Below, one piece after another: positions 13,040-26,157 of a stretch of DNA of 64,000 bases; within the stretch, counting starts at the first letter, position 1; each line of letters begins with the position of its first letter. The position numbers were made by a program, and so were the translations under genes. The DNA comes from Ruditapes philippinarum (taxonomy: Eukaryota), in assembly GCF_026571515.1 (NCBI RefSeq), contig NW_026851538.1, positions 22,164 to 86,163 of the forward strand, given 5' to 3'. The notes under the pieces were generated by a model. It made no database searches. It saw only the letters and a list, made by a program, of their open reading frames with translations, and was not told the origin of the DNA.

Positions 13040-14290
13040 TTCGTTGAATTTATATCCCCCGCCGAGTACTGGTTATTATTAACACAACAACTGAAGACAT
13101 AAGGCTTTATTCATATATTAATCATGGCATAAACAGTAATATTCTTTGAACTTGATAAATATTCAGGGCAATAACAGAGCCATACCTTTGTGTTAAATAG
13201 TAAAATCTGGAAATGCCAAAGAGATGTATGCATACTACATAACTACTCAAGGGCCATAAATCTGAGTTATAAGTATCTGACTGGAACAAGGCGACTATAT
13301 GCACATCTCCTCTTAGTATCCCATAAAGTTTCATTGAATTCCAGCCAGTAGTAGCAGAGAAGTAGCGAGGAAACAAAAATTTTTCTATATGGATACTGCA
13401 TAACTAATCAAGGGCCATAACTCTTAGTTAAAGTGTCTGACTGGAACAAGCCGACGATATGCGCATCTCCTCTTGGTATTGAAGGTTCCCATAAAGTTAC
13501 GTTGAATTCAAGCCAGTAGTTGCAGAGAAGTAGTGCAGAAACAATTTTTACTCTATATGCATACTACATAACTAATCAAGGGCCATAAATCGGAGTTAAA
13601 GGGTCTGACCGGAACAAGCCGACGATATGCGCATCTCCTCTTGATATTGATGATTCCCATAAAGTTTCCTTGAATTCCAGCCAGTAGTTGCAGAGAACTA
13701 CTCCGGAAACGATTTTTACTCCATATGCATATTGCATAACTAATCAAGGGCCATAACTCTGAGTTAAAGTGTCTGACCCTAACAAGCTGATGATATGTGC
13801 ATCTCCTCTTGGTATTGAAGGTTCCCATAAAGTTTCGTTGAATTCCAGCCAGTAGTTGCAAAGAAGTAGCGCGGAAACGATTTTTACTCCATATGCATGC
13901 TGCATAACTAATCAAGGGCCATAACTCTGAGTTAAAGTGTCTGACCGGAACAAGCCGACGATATGCGCATCTTCTCTTGGTATTGATGATTCCCATAAAG
14001 TTTCGTTGAATTCCAGCCAGTAGTTGCAGAGAACTACTCCGGAAACGATTTTTACTCTATATGCATACTACATAACTAATCAAGGGCCATAACTCTGAGT
14101 TAAAGGGTCGGACCGGAACAAGCTGACGATATGCGCATCTCCTCTTGATATTAATGATTCCCATAAAGTTTCGTTGAATTCCAGCCAGTAGTTGCAGAGA
14201 ACTACTCCGGAAACGAAATTTGGACAGACGGATGGACGGACGGACAACGCCAAAACTATATCCCCCTCCCGATTCCATCGGCGGGGGATA
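13040..14290 (-). mobile_element. satellite-carrying element: about 6 tandem units of about 170 bp, then (GGAC)n, then a GC hairpin (tatccccctcccgattccatcggcgggggata), then aaaactag
   Basis: ccagccagtag recurs at 13341, 13511, 13681, 13851, 14021 and 14191. The hairpin followed by CTAG resembles a Helitron/Helentron 3' end. The long minus-strand ORFs here (13553-13996, 14080-14325) are artefacts of the repeat periodicity. Confidence 0.65.
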
Positions 14291-14329
14291 AAAACTAGCA
14301 ACCCAGTTACAGTATGTATTTTCACAAAC

Positions 14330-14408
14330 CTGATTTCTGAATTTGACTAGCACCATATATTGGTTAGGTGAACCATCTCTTATAATTCTCATATACTCTA
14401 TGCCAGAC
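14330..14408 (-). CDS. BRAP: BRAP exon ((L)SGIEYMRIIRDGSPNQYMVLVKFRNQ)
   Basis: Acceptor ttcattgcag, donor gtttgt, 1+78 nt. Human NEVIEQMKIIRDSTPNQYMVLIKFRAQ. Confidence 0.8.
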
Positions 14409-14836
14409 CTGCAATGAACCAAACATGCATTTTTAGCTCAGTGTTTTTTTTTAACCTTAACTACCACAGACCTATCAAACGCCTCTTCTCAATGGAAATT
14501 TTCTTCAAAATCCTGCAGTTTTCCCTAAAATCTGAACTTACATTAGCCTTTTTACTTTCCAAATAAATCAATTTTAGCAATAATTTTTCCCAAACTGAAG
14601 AGGCTAGGGCATCTAAATTAAGTGAGAAAAACCACTATAAATAAACTGATGGAAACCTATCCAAGCATGTAAATGATAATACAGTGGTGAGTGTCAATCT
14701 GGTATCAGAGGCCTAAAACACTCAGCAATGGAGACTATCCATATCATGTACAGTACTTGAATCTTTTAAAGATTAATAATAAATAACTGATAAAAAAATA
14801 TTAATAGACCTATTTGTTACCATCTTACAAACTTAC

Positions 14837-14947
14837 AGGCATGGTCCATTAAACTTTAGTAGATCATGTATGGTGTATTTGGCAGGAACCGCTAGCATAC
14901 AGATCAACTCACTCCTCTGGGTCTCCTCTGATAGGCTGGTTAAATGG
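14837..14947 (-). CDS. BRAP: BRAP exon ((N)HLTSLSEETQRSELICMLAVPAKYTIHDLLKFNGPC)
   Basis: Acceptor ttatttttag, donor gtaagt, 1+108+2 nt. Human KMTSLKEDVRRSAMLCILTVPAAMTSHDLMKFVAPF. Confidence 0.8.
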
Positions 14948-15127
14948 CTAAAAATAAAATATTTTAATTAAATTGCTAAATATATCAATGGTTAAAAATA
15001 GAAAACATGCATAAAAAAAAATTTGGACAAAAAGCTAAATGATATTTTCTTGTTTCGACAGCTATAACAAAATTCATTAAAGTAAATGTTTGGGTTTTTT
15101 GGTGTGCTCACAAATCGATAAATGACA

Positions 15128-15290
15128 TGAGCCGTGTCATGACAAAACCAACATAATGCGTTTGCGACCAGCATGGATGCAGACCAGCCTGCGCAGTCTG
15201 ATCAGGATCCATGCTGTTCGCTATCAGCTTCTCTACTTGTAATAGGGTTTGTAAGTGAACAGCATGGATCCTGATCAGACTGCGCTTTGT
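15128..15290. mobile_element. palindromic MITE family copy a (right arm truncated)
   Basis: tgagccgtgtcatgacaaaaccaacataatgcgtttgcgaccagcatgga... matches the copies at 25546, 26158, 29773, 52623 and 63931. Confidence 0.8.
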
Positions 15291-15895
15291 ACATGTAAAT
15301 GACCAAAATGATGTGTATTCTGATCTTTTTTTTTTCAATCTAAGGCAACTTAAGTAAGGTTACAAAAATTAATTTAATGTAAGTTATACAGTACTCCTCT
15401 AATGTGTTGACACAGTAGCAGAATCTTTGTTTCTCTTATGAATTCAAATTCATAATCAATAAGTGAATTGAGATCTTACATATATAACTGATCTGGAAGC
15501 AAACTGCATATACATGTATGTCTCAGCCTCTTATATAATACAAGTATTAACATCACTGTTCTTTTTATGTAACATTAGAACCAACTTAACCCATCCAATA
15601 TCTATCATTATTTACAATGCTGCATGTTTGTAATGTCACTTTTCATTGGATAATCATGATGTTTATATAGTTTTTATATATATGTCTGCTAACAATTTAT
15701 GAAGAAATCTCACATTTTCTCTCACAAAAGACTTTCTCTCAAAAAAGATGCTTGCTGTATTATAAATCTGTTATAAAGATTTCTGACAGGTTATATGGCT
15801 GTACATGTATATGAAACGGCGGTTTGCAATACATACAAAAAGACCATATAATGTGTCAAGAATCTTTATAACTAATAATATTAGCCTTTACTTAC

Positions 15896-16229
15896 TTATC
15901 CTTGTAGATATGCAGTATCCCTTTCACCTTTTCCACAGCAGGATTACCAGAGTAGAAATGGATTGCAGATAAACCTGCCTTGGGTGTTGGACTTTGTGAT
16001 TTGGGTCTCACTCCACTATCTTGTATTACCTTTTCTGAAACATGCTCAGAGTCTGTTACTACCTTCTCTAGAAGTTCTTTCTGCTCCTTTTCATCTTTAT
16101 CAATAGATTTAGCCTTTCTTACTGATAAATCCTTTTTCAATACACCAGCATCTGTTTCTGAAGCGAGGTAAGAGGTCATTGAACTATGACTCGCTTCTAA
16201 ATACGCTTCAATTCCCAGAAGGTCAAAGT
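15896..16229 (-). CDS. BRAP: BRAP N-terminal exon (...DFDLLGIEAYLEASHSS...KAGLSAIHFYSGNPAVEKVKGILHIYKD)
   Basis: Acceptor tttcttgcag, donor gtaagt directly at ...gataa|gtaagt, 2+330+2 nt. The C-terminal part matches human DQISFFSGNPSVEIVHGIMHLYKTNK. The upstream part is a divergent Glu/Lys/Ser-rich region. Confidence 0.75.
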
Positions 16230-16756
16230 CTGCAAGAAATGAAAATAAAAAGGAAATTAAATAATAATTGAACAAAGCTTCACCTCTTACTTTAATAAAT
16301 GCACTATTTCATATTATAATAACATAAGTGTTACCAAAATATTTCCTATGTGAGACATGATGTTATGCATCCCATCCTTGTTAACTTAGTAAATATTTTC
16401 TAATAATGTACTCCCTGAAGGTATGGCGTCCTTGTCAATATGTTATTGGTAATTAGAGCATGTGTTAATTTGCATTTGTAGCACCACCTTTGAACATTGT
16501 AGATGGATCATCTTCTTTCTATTATTGGCTTATACATTTAAGCCAGGGGCATGTATACTTAACTAAAATTAATACCAGTAAAATGCCAGATAAAGACAAT
16601 TAGTTCGTTTATATAATAAAAGTACGGAAATAAAAAGTATCCCAGAGTCGTTAGTTTTGATGCCCTGCTGAGTGTAAAAACACATGACTGAGCAATACTG
16701 CTGTACCAAAGGACACCATCCTATTCAATATACCGGTATATGATGTAAAAATATAC

Positions 16757-16930
16757 CTTCACAGTTGTAAGTCTCTATCTGTATTTCATGTGGTTTCCGA
16801 CAACCACGATAATCACTTAGGCCAATGGATCTCTCTTCGTCAGGGGTTGGTGGGGGTGTTTCTTCTTGGACAATAGATGCGTAACTTGGTTTATTCACTG
16901 AACTGTCAACAGATACAACAAACCCCTTTG
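16757..16930 (-). CDS. BRAP: BRAP N-terminal exon ((x)AKGFVVSVDSSVNKPSYASIVQEETPPPTPDEERSIGLSDYRGCRKPHEIQIETYNCE)
   Basis: Acceptor ctcatttcag, weak donor gtatat, 2+171+1 nt. The phase links correctly to the next exon. AKGFVVSV resembles the human N-terminus MSVSLVVIRL. The initiator ATG exon, upstream at higher coordinates, was not found. Confidence 0.55.
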
Positions 16931-17039
16931 CTGAAATGAGGAACAATTAAAGACTATAAAAAATTAGTTAATCCCAATGAGTGTGATAATTTATATCATA
17001 ATGTCACAGTTCAGAACTGTTCATTTTTTAGGGGAGAAG

Positions 17040-17400
17040 ATTGTAAGCGGCCAGATAGCTTAGTCTGCAGAGCCACAGTACTGTATTCTGAGGGTCCCGG
17101 GTTCAAGTCCCGGTCAGGCTGCACATTTTTCTCACCCTGTGACATTTGGCCCCCGACGTTGGGCCTTGACTGAATATAGCTCAGAGTTTAATTCACATTG
17201 CTCTGTAAATTCAAGGACAAATTTCAATATAGCAGGGGAGTATGTCATGGTTAAGAACTGTTCACTATTTCAGAGAGACCATGTGTAAGCGGCCACAAAG
17301 CTCAGTTTGTAGAACTGTAGTACGGTATTCCGAGGGTCCTGGGTTTGAGTCCCAGTCAGTGACTCAGTCTGCACATTTTTCTCACCCTGTCACAGTAATT
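17040..17400 (+). mobile_element. two adjacent tRNA-derived SINE copies (17040-17170 and 17285-17400; B-box gggttcaagtccc / gggtttgagtccc, shared tail ctgcacatttttctcaccctgt)
   Basis: The direct repeat of about 120 bp is about 78% identical. Neither copy folds into a cloverleaf with a paired acceptor stem, so these are not tRNA genes. Confidence 0.65.
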
Positions 17401-20400
17401 TTAACATAATTTCCTCATGTTTATCAGTTTATTAATTTGGCGATGTTATAAAGTGTATGAGAAGAATTAACATTTGAATAACATAGTTATAATTGTAAGG
17501 AAAAAATGAAAAATATTCAGTTTTTTTTATCAGAATAGATTAAATAGATCATGATTTTTGATAGATATTAAATAAAATTGACACTTCTGTCAGATAAGGA
17601 AACAATTTACCACTAAATTTTATGTCTGGAACTGAGTCAAATTGATTACAGATTTCAAAACGAATATTTAAGAGTGCGACAGTCATTTGTAAACCGCACA
17701 GATCATAAGAATTTTTGTCATAAACCAGTAGAGTTTAATAAACAACCACTTTCTTTTTTTATTTTCTCTCAGGCAACTAAAAAAGCCGTACAGTATCCGT
17801 ACCTAAACCGTATACAATAACATAACGATTCGCCCAAATGACAATTCGCTCCTTTGAAGATTCGTCCCTATTTAGTGACGATTCGGCCCTTTTCAAACAC
17901 ATTTTCATTAATTTGTAAAATATTTTCCTTTTCGGTAAATTTTCCATAAATGTTTTTTTTTGATAAACAATATTTTATTGTGATTTGGAGATAAAGTTAG
18001 AAAATCATCAATTTAATAGAACCACAGATACATAAAACAATATATAGCTTATATTTAGCTCCATGATAGAACTGATAAATTGAAATTTTGCTAATTGCCA
18101 TTTGTGTGATTTTTATTTAATTGCTACAGTAGTGTTATTAAAATAAAAAAAATGCTTGATATAAAGTCATACCTATTTATTTAATTTATTTAATAATTTT
18201 GTAAAGCATGGCCACATCAGCGTTGTTTGTGTCGTGTGGAGGCTGTAAAAAGTCGCCCCGTACATTCAATCAGGGATGTATATTTCCGATCCTTAAAGAT
18301 AGTTCAGCACAACATAATTGTTGTGCTTGTGGTATTTAAGTTCTTTCTATGTTGGGTGGTTCCAGTATTCCTTACTTGAATACTGTTGAATCACCCTTAG
18401 GATATGTGGCCTGCTTTTTAAATTTGTCTTTTGACGTCATATCTGTGATATGCAGGCTTCATAACCTCAGATCCCCTTTCAAAATTCCATTTTATTTAGT
18501 TCCGCCCATTGTTTTCTCGTTTAGGGCGCAGGCATTTTTTTTACTTGGGGACCATATGCCGCTTTTCATGGAATGGTACTAACGTGTCACATTGTAGGTT
18601 CCATGATAACCTCCATATGAACACATCTGCGGATGTTTCAAAATTCTAAATTTTACCAGTTCATGTTAAATGTTGAATTCTGCTTAAGCCGGTGCTAGGG
18701 GCGTGGACGGTAGTTTGCACTTGACAGTACCGTCCATGAACAGGCTCAATCAAACCAAGCCTGCAACATTTTCAATTTTGCGGCGTTGGGATTTTTATTT
18801 CACTCTATTTTAATATTCTATATATATTATTTGTTGATAATTCTGGTAATTCCAGCATATATTTTGCAGTTAATTGAAGTATTTCTATAAGCGCAACAAC
18901 CAATGTCCTTAACCATTACATTACATTCTTTTTGGGACATAATATAACGTTGCGCTTATTTTCAGGATTCTCCAAGATTCTTCTCATAGATAATTATAAG
19001 ATGACAACAAAAATAAGACAACAACAAAACAACAAACAAAAAACAGTAGTCAGAGACCTGGTAAAGAATAAGGCCTTTTGTTTAACATATTTATTGCGTT
19101 TGTTCGTGTAGAGTGCAACAACTGAAGTCATCAACCAACAGCCAGATAAAATCATTCCAAGGTAATTAACACTTTCAACTAGACAGATAAATGTAAAAGT
19201 AAAACGAGAGAAAGTTTGTATTTTTCCAACACATTCAAAACAATATTTATGTATGTAATGCACCTGGGTTACTGAAAATATCAGAAATGCAGAATAAACT
19301 TATGTAAAAATACCGTTTTATATGTATTTATGTGAAAAATTAAAGTGTATGTGGGAAATACATTGTTAATAATGTTTGTCCAAATCTTTTTTTATTTTGG
19401 TCGATCTTATTTTGCACATTAGAATATTACCTAAATTATATCACTCGGTATATATAAACATTTATCTCCCTTTAAATCAACCTCTAATAATCCCCCAGAA
19501 GTAAACATATATGTATAATTTCTTATTTTGCATTTTCAAATCTTTATTGACAATTTCTATTCCTCTTGTCATTGTAACGGAGTAACAGAGAAAATGTTAA
19601 GTAAGAAGTTCCTGCTAGGGGTAGGGTTAATTGGTTAGTGAAAATCTATTTGTTTAAAAGCAAAGAATCGCTAAATTCCTCATCAAGGGATTGTTCGGCA
19701 ATATCATTTTATTGATTAACCTGTCCATGCCCCTCCTGTTTTTGTTGGGTCCGCCTGGGCTCCTTGCCATTGGTTCTTGTTGCTGGGTCGTGTGGGGTTG
19801 CGTTCATTGAACGCCTTTCCTTGTTGATCTTGTTTATCATATTTGCTATACTTGATATACGTCTTGATGTACTTGATAAAAACGTTGCCAGACATTTTGC
19901 AAATCATAAAACTCTACATGAATGTTAATCGGATTCTGAATTATGTGATATTCAAGCACTGCATGAGGGTCTCATATATAGGTATTCAGTGACCAATCAG
20001 TCAGCCCGCAAGTTGGAGGATGAAGAAGGTTCAATGTTTTGGGCTGACTAGGAGGCCACAATAATATGACAATGGGTCTAAAGTACAATATGCTATATAT
20101 ATCATACCACCCTTTTCAAAAATAATTTGGTGAGGAAAAAATCATATCGTTTAAATATATAACAACATATCTAATAAAATGCACTGAATACTTTTGGAAC
20201 TAGGCGCCTCTTTCTTTAGGTTACTCGCCGCAAATTAATTTTAATAGCGGTCAGACAAAAGGTAATAGTGCCCGTTTTCATTTTCATAGTCAAAATATGT
20301 ATATATCAAATGCTATCTTACTCCATATCTATTCAGGATCAAAGAATTCATATCAATTCATTAATTATTGTACCTGAAGTAACAAAGGTCTGTCAAAATG

Positions 20401-20759
20401 TCGAAGAAATGTGAAATATAGAGGTCATTGTACATAGTTGAGAACAATAAGTACTGATTCTGTTCGACTCGTATACAGATACAAATCAAAACCTATGCGC
20501 TTTGTCTAATTAAGGTTTATATTCTCGTCCATTGTACTTTAACGATGTATAATAACCTTCATTGCAGAGACGTTAAAATACATGACTGTATCTGGTCATT
20601 GGTGGGAACCTGTTATAATGTACGTCATACTTTTGCGGTTACTGTAATATATATTACAAATCAAGGTAATTTACGCAAATTCACGCGGTTATTGTTGACC
20701 CATTTCGTCAGAACAGCTATGTTCGCAAATTAAACAAATCATTTCTAAAAATAAATTAC

Positions 20760-20905
20760 TGGTCCCTCGCTTTTGGCGGGAAAAATTCTCCAATGCCGGT
20801 GTCTAGTAAGAGTGTCACTTCTATTTATAATCTGTGACGTCAAAGTCGTGTCTTTTCAGGAAGTGAATGTTTTAGTTTTGTGCAGGAGCCAGGAGCAACC
20901 GGTGA
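20760..20905 (+). promoter_or_regulatory. candidate promoter and non-coding first exon: E2F-type site ttttggcgggaaaa (20771-20784), TATA-like tatttataa (20822-20830), CRE tgacgtca (20835-20842), donor caaccg|gtgaga (20901/20902)
   Basis: Motifs read directly. The MVP ATG exon is preceded by an acceptor (tctattttcag at about 26003), so an upstream non-coding exon must exist. Assigning it to this site is an inference. Confidence 0.3.
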
Positions 20906-23900
20906 GAATTATCTTATTTTTGAAGTAAATATATAGAGTTTTATGTTCGGTGTGTGTTTTCTTGTATCAGTTTATTGAAGAGAAAGTATCTCTATGGTAA
21001 AACTCGACTGTCATTTCACTTTATTCTCGCCGTAGGTGTTTTAATGAGCTCGCTGATTCGCAAAGAGGCCCTGGAAGGGGATTTGTAATTTCTGGTGTAC
21101 ATGTCTTAATTAATTTAATTAGCTAATAGATAGAGCTGATAAGATCTATATGCTTTTTCTGTTTTATCAGGAGATAATTTAAACTTAAAATTTAATGCAA
21201 GTAGTATTTAATTTGAATTTTCTTGTCTTAAAATAAATAAAGTGAATAAAAAAGATATTTTATTTTTCTTAATTTATAACTTGGAAAGTTCTAAACAGTG
21301 ATCTCTAAATCCAATGGGATGAATTAATCAATCAAATTTGTCCAAATGTACTGATTTTTTAACTTTCAAGTTTGTTTTTCATGCATGTTTGTATGAATAT
21401 ATTAACAGGTGATAAACAGCAGGTTTTAAGAAAAAACATTTTGTTAAAAAATCATTGCATTCAGTTATGTACAGGTTCTACTGATTACATGTATCATTAT
21501 AGTCAAAAAGGTGTTCATTCATAAATAAATTATTAAATAGAATCTAATCCTATCATTTCAATGTATAAACTTAGTTTGAACTAATATCTGAAACATTACT
21601 TTTACCTGCTTTTATAGTGTACAAGGGTAGATCAAAGTGGATTTCACAATAATTTGCAAATTGTGAAATAAGATAAATCTTTCTTACTGTATGATATACA
21701 TGTACCAACAAATAGTTCTGTCTATGCATGTCTATAAATAGATCCTTTATACTAACAAACGAAATACAAGCTTGAGGTTTCTATTTGGTTGTGAAATATT
21801 TGTTGTAATAGTAGAGGATTGATTTTCTCCTTGCTGACAGGGCAAAATCTATCGGGAATATATATTGATCAAATTTTTGCAATAATCTATTCCTATACTG
21901 TAATTTACAACCGGTCAAAATGTGGCAGTGAATATAGACTGAACTTCACTTCAATCTTTTTACATTTTTGTAACAGGTAAATTAAAAATATTTTATGTTT
22001 GATTGTATACATGTACCTGTACATGTAAACATAATATGCATTTGTGTATTAATAATTAATGAGTTAGTGATTAAATAATTTAGACTAAAGGCAAAATTAT
22101 AATCAACAAAAACTGTTAATACTCGAGAAAATCATTTCAAATATTGTACATGTATACAGAATAACTTAGTTCTCTCAAGACGTGTAAAGGTTTTAGATAA
22201 TTTTGACATATAAGGGTACATATGTAGCTTACAGTAAAGGGACTGTTTTATATATGTGAGGAAAATATATGTGCTTGTTACTTAAATGTATTATTATGAT
22301 TATCATGAAAATTATAATTATCACAAATATGTTATTCAAAGTAAGGTAGTCATTCAAAACTGTTTTGAAAGTGTTGTCTCTTTTGAAATTATGTAGCTTT
22401 TATATATATTTGTAATATAATCTTGATTTATGTTTACAATGTATATGGGTGATTAAGTGGTGTGGTTTACTGGCATGTAAATTATTTGTGATAGATGTTG
22501 TATATGTTTATATACTAGATCATGTAAAAGTAGCGCAGAGTTTATGATAATTAACTTAATTCTAATTAATAACGATAAGTTACTCCATGTACTTAATTAA
22601 TTAAGTACTTCTAAAATGTTGATTACTGCAAGTAAATAACAAACCAAAAACTGTAGCATACTGATCGTGACCTGACAGGAAATTGGTATCAAACCACAAT
22701 GAACATGCGCTAAAGTAACATTGAATTTCTCTGGTATTAAAGGTGCATGGGCCTGCATGTATCTATCAGTTAAGTATAGATTAAAGTTTATTTGTGCCAA
22801 TTTACAAATTTAAATTAAAGTGGTCAGGCATGGCACAGCTGCGAGACCAATTTAATTTTGTAAATACAAACTTATAAATGTTAACCAGCTAAGTGTTTAA
22901 AATTAATTTAAATTTATAAAGTTAAAACAGTTGATTTACTTAAGACTGATTATCAGTTTGCCGATTAACCAAAGTGTATGTGTTACGATTCATTTGAAAT
23001 AGTGCAATCCTATTGGACAAAAAATAATTTCAACCAACTGTTGGTGTGACTTAAAACCTTACCAAAAAATTGATATTTAGTATTATTAATTGAGAGAGTA
23101 CAGTATTTCAAAACCAAAACCATTCAGTTTTCAAAGACGTAATGACCTTGATATGTATTTGTACAGTCGTATTGCTGTATACAGTACATTGTAGTCTTAT
23201 TGTAAAATCAATATGAATGCGGTCAATATTTACAGTATAGATTATAAATTATTTAGTTCAGTTGAGACTTGTCAAGGTAAAGTGCATGGTAAGTGGGGTA
23301 GAAATATCTTACTTACTTAATAATAATATATTCTGAAGGGAGATAATAGGGTTGGTGTATTTATTTAGAGCAATATTTAAACGCACAAGGTTGGATATAG
23401 ACATTAGACGGCTTTTGATAGATATAACTGTAGATAACTTATTATTATTTGAATGGTTATTATTTATATATATGTGAACACTCGTAAGTAACATAATGTT
23501 CTGTTGTATGGGAATAAAATTTTGAAAGAATTAGATATTATATATCTATTATTTTTATATTTATTTGAAACAGATGTTTTATTATACTAGTAGAATTTTC
23601 AATTTTAAGAACCGTTTAGGATTGTCAAGAAAAGCTACATTATCATAATGTTAATTAGGGAGAAAAAAGATCAGCAAAAGAAGTTTTAACCATAACCCCT
23701 AGGGAAAAAAATAGATTCAAAACTTTTAACAGTTGATCAATACCAAATCAATATGTACATGCAGTATTACTATTATACACTTGGCTAATGAAGGGGAAAC
23801 ACATTGACTGATATATATATATAGTACAAGGATACAGTTATTGATTGTAAATTTTGAATAGGTTTATAACGTCATAACTTATATACATGTATACTTATTA

Positions 23901-25545
23901 CTATAGAATTCTTTTTTACATTATCAGTATATAAACATTAGGATATAACGTATAATTAGATTCATTCATAAAGTTTTATAAACAGGTTGGTGAATTTCCA
24001 TTTTGTACTGGTAGTGATAATTATAGGCTTTGCTACAACAACAAATGTATATAATTATATAGATAGGCCCTACTGGCATGTTGATATATAGTTTGACCTG
24101 AAGCTGTGACCTGATTTCTGCTTAATTTTATGAATTTAACTCTGACATCCCTCTTGTTTACAATGAACTAGTCCAAATAAAAAGCAGGACAAGTTCATTA
24201 ACACAAATTTAGCAGGGTTGTAAGTTATAATATATAAGTGCTGGAATATTATTAATATATATAATATATTGATCACATAATGAAGAACATATGAAAAATT
24301 AGTGTAGAACACAACAGTGTTTTTCCCTGTATACATTCTTTGGCTACCAATGTACATCTGACATCACTGTTAAATCTACTGGAAACAAGTAAATAAAACT
24401 TAGCTGGCAGAAGCTTCATTTTTACATGATTTTTAGCTAGAAATCCAATATTTCTGTAACATTGGTCATTATTAAATATTAACTCCTTTCTGTAGTGTAG
24501 GTCAACAGAGATATTATACTTGATTTTTCTCCCAAGGATGAATAAGTTCTGACCAATGATGTTTTCATAATTGTGTGCTGATTCTTTTGTAGGCTAGAGA
24601 TTATATTTAAAATATTTTGCAATAATGCCAATTGTTATAAAAACCTAACTAATACCTGCTTATTTAAGTCTAACCTGCCTCTATATACTGCCTGCTGCTG
24701 CTTTATTGTAATGTCTGAAATTCCTGAAACAACTAATGCACTGTTCCAAATTCAAATCGGGACAAGTCCACTTCATAAATTCAGGTGAGGTCAGTTAAAA
24801 AACCTTAAGTTGCTGAATTTCTGTACTGGATTTGTCCAGTTTTGAATTTGGAACAGTACATTTGAAATTTGAGGGATTTCAATATTTTTCAAAAATTAAT
24901 AATTGAGCTACCAACAATATAGTGTCAGCCTGGTCAGGCTGCATGTATGTGTAGACTGGCCTGGTTTTGTACTGGGGGTTAAGGCTCTAAGGTAAGGTAA
25001 GGGGGTAAAAATTATCAGTTAAAATAAATAATAAGGTTGTCTTGCATTTTAAGTCAATGTAGTTTAAACAATTAATTTTTTTAAGAAAACCACCTCATAT
25101 AAAGAAGAATTTTCCAAATTGTTTTTATATAATCAGAATAATAGATCAAGGTCGTGTATAGGTAAAAAAACAGCCACATAGTTTTGATAAAGTTTTCTTG
25201 TATAGTAATTATCCTAAATAGACGATTTATACCTGGACCAAGTACACACATTTTTAAGTAATAACCAGTTAACCTGTGTTTATAGTGGTGTATTGAAGTG
25301 TAGCTTTAGTGTAGAGTAGATTAAGTGGGATAGTTGGAAATAATTATGTTGATCTAGCTTTACCTACATTTATATACCTATATAAAACAGAACAGTTGAT
25401 TAACCCAATAAAGCATTTTTCGGTCGGGTGTAACTGGTTGAAAAACTGGTCAGTACTGGTACAGAATCCAGGACCCTTGTTTCTTCAACTGTTAAAAAAA
25501 AAATGTTTGCTAGTTGTACTTTATTGACAAAGTGCCAAGCACAAA

Positions 25546-25782
25546 TGAGCCGCGTCACGACAAAACCAACATAGAGTGTTTGCGACCAGCATGGATCCAG
25601 ACCAGCCTGCGCATCCGCGCAGTCTGATCAGGATCCATGCTGTTTGCTTACCAACCCTATTACAAGTAGAGAAACTGATAGCAAACAGCATGGATCCTGA
25701 TCAGACTGCGTGGATGAGCAGTCTGGTCTGGATCTATGCTGGTCGCAAACACATTATGTTGGTTTTGTTGTGACGCAGCTCA
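25546..25782. mobile_element. palindromic MITE copy b (237 bp)
   Basis: Termini tgagccgcgtcacgacaaaaccaacat ... atgttggttttgttgtgacgcagctca. Internal inverted core cagcctgcgcatccgcgcagtctgatcaggatccatgctg. Confidence 0.85.
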
Positions 25783-26014
25783 AATAATTTTGTAATTGAT
25801 AATTAACACACAATATGGGTTAGTGAAACTACACATTCAGTTATTTATATTGTGAGTTTGCATGATTGTATTGTTTGAAAAAATATGAAAATTAAGAAAT
25901 TGGAATGAAGTAGGTAAGACTTGAGAAAACAATGAAATTTTTTTTTTAAATTAGTAACATGTTGAAAGAAAACTAGAAAATGTTTTAATTGTCTATTTTC
26001 AGAACTGAGTAAAC

Positions 26015-26148
26015 ATGGCAACTAGGAAAGACAACGAGTCTTTGTTCAGAATTCCACCATATTATTATATTCATGTACTTGACCAGAACAAAAATGTTAC
26101 GAGGTTGGAAGTTGGTCCACAGACGTACATCAGGCAGGACAATGAAAG
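26015..26148 (+). CDS. MVP: MVP coding exon 1 ([44 protein letters not shown] + R partial)
   Basis: ATG at 26015, donor gtgaat. Near-identical to human [45 protein letters not shown]. An acceptor-like tctattttcag lies 11 nt upstream of the ATG. Confidence 0.93.
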
Positions 26149-26157
26149 GTGAATATA

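Noticed and set aside
13553-14422. Long minus-strand ORFs (147 aa, 121 aa, 81 aa) with internally repeated peptide segments
   Set aside because: They fall on the tandem satellite of about 170 bp. An ORF that preserves the repeat period is an artefact. Only the 14330-14408 portion is a real BRAP exon.
15892-16946. Minus-strand exons first suspected to be a PAGR1-like gene (PAGR1 neighbours MVP at human 16p11.2) because of EFDFDD-like and PPTPE-like motifs
   Set aside because: The same exons continue, with correct splice phases, into unmistakable BRAP sequence (FYSGNPAVE...HIYK, then LTSLSEETQRSELICMLAVPA, RING, ZnF-UBP). They are the divergent N-terminus of BRAP, not PAGR1.
17040-17400. Possible tRNA genes (strong B-box gggttcaagtccc)
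   Set aside because: No paired acceptor stem or cloverleaf. Two diverged copies with a shared non-tRNA tail. These are tRNA-derived SINEs.
19716-19907. Minus-strand 63-aa ORF (MICKMSGNVFIKYIK...) in the BRAP-MVP intergenic region, considered as a BRAP first exon
   Set aside because: No donor in the required phase and no similarity to the BRAP N-terminus. Low-complexity, K/Q-rich.
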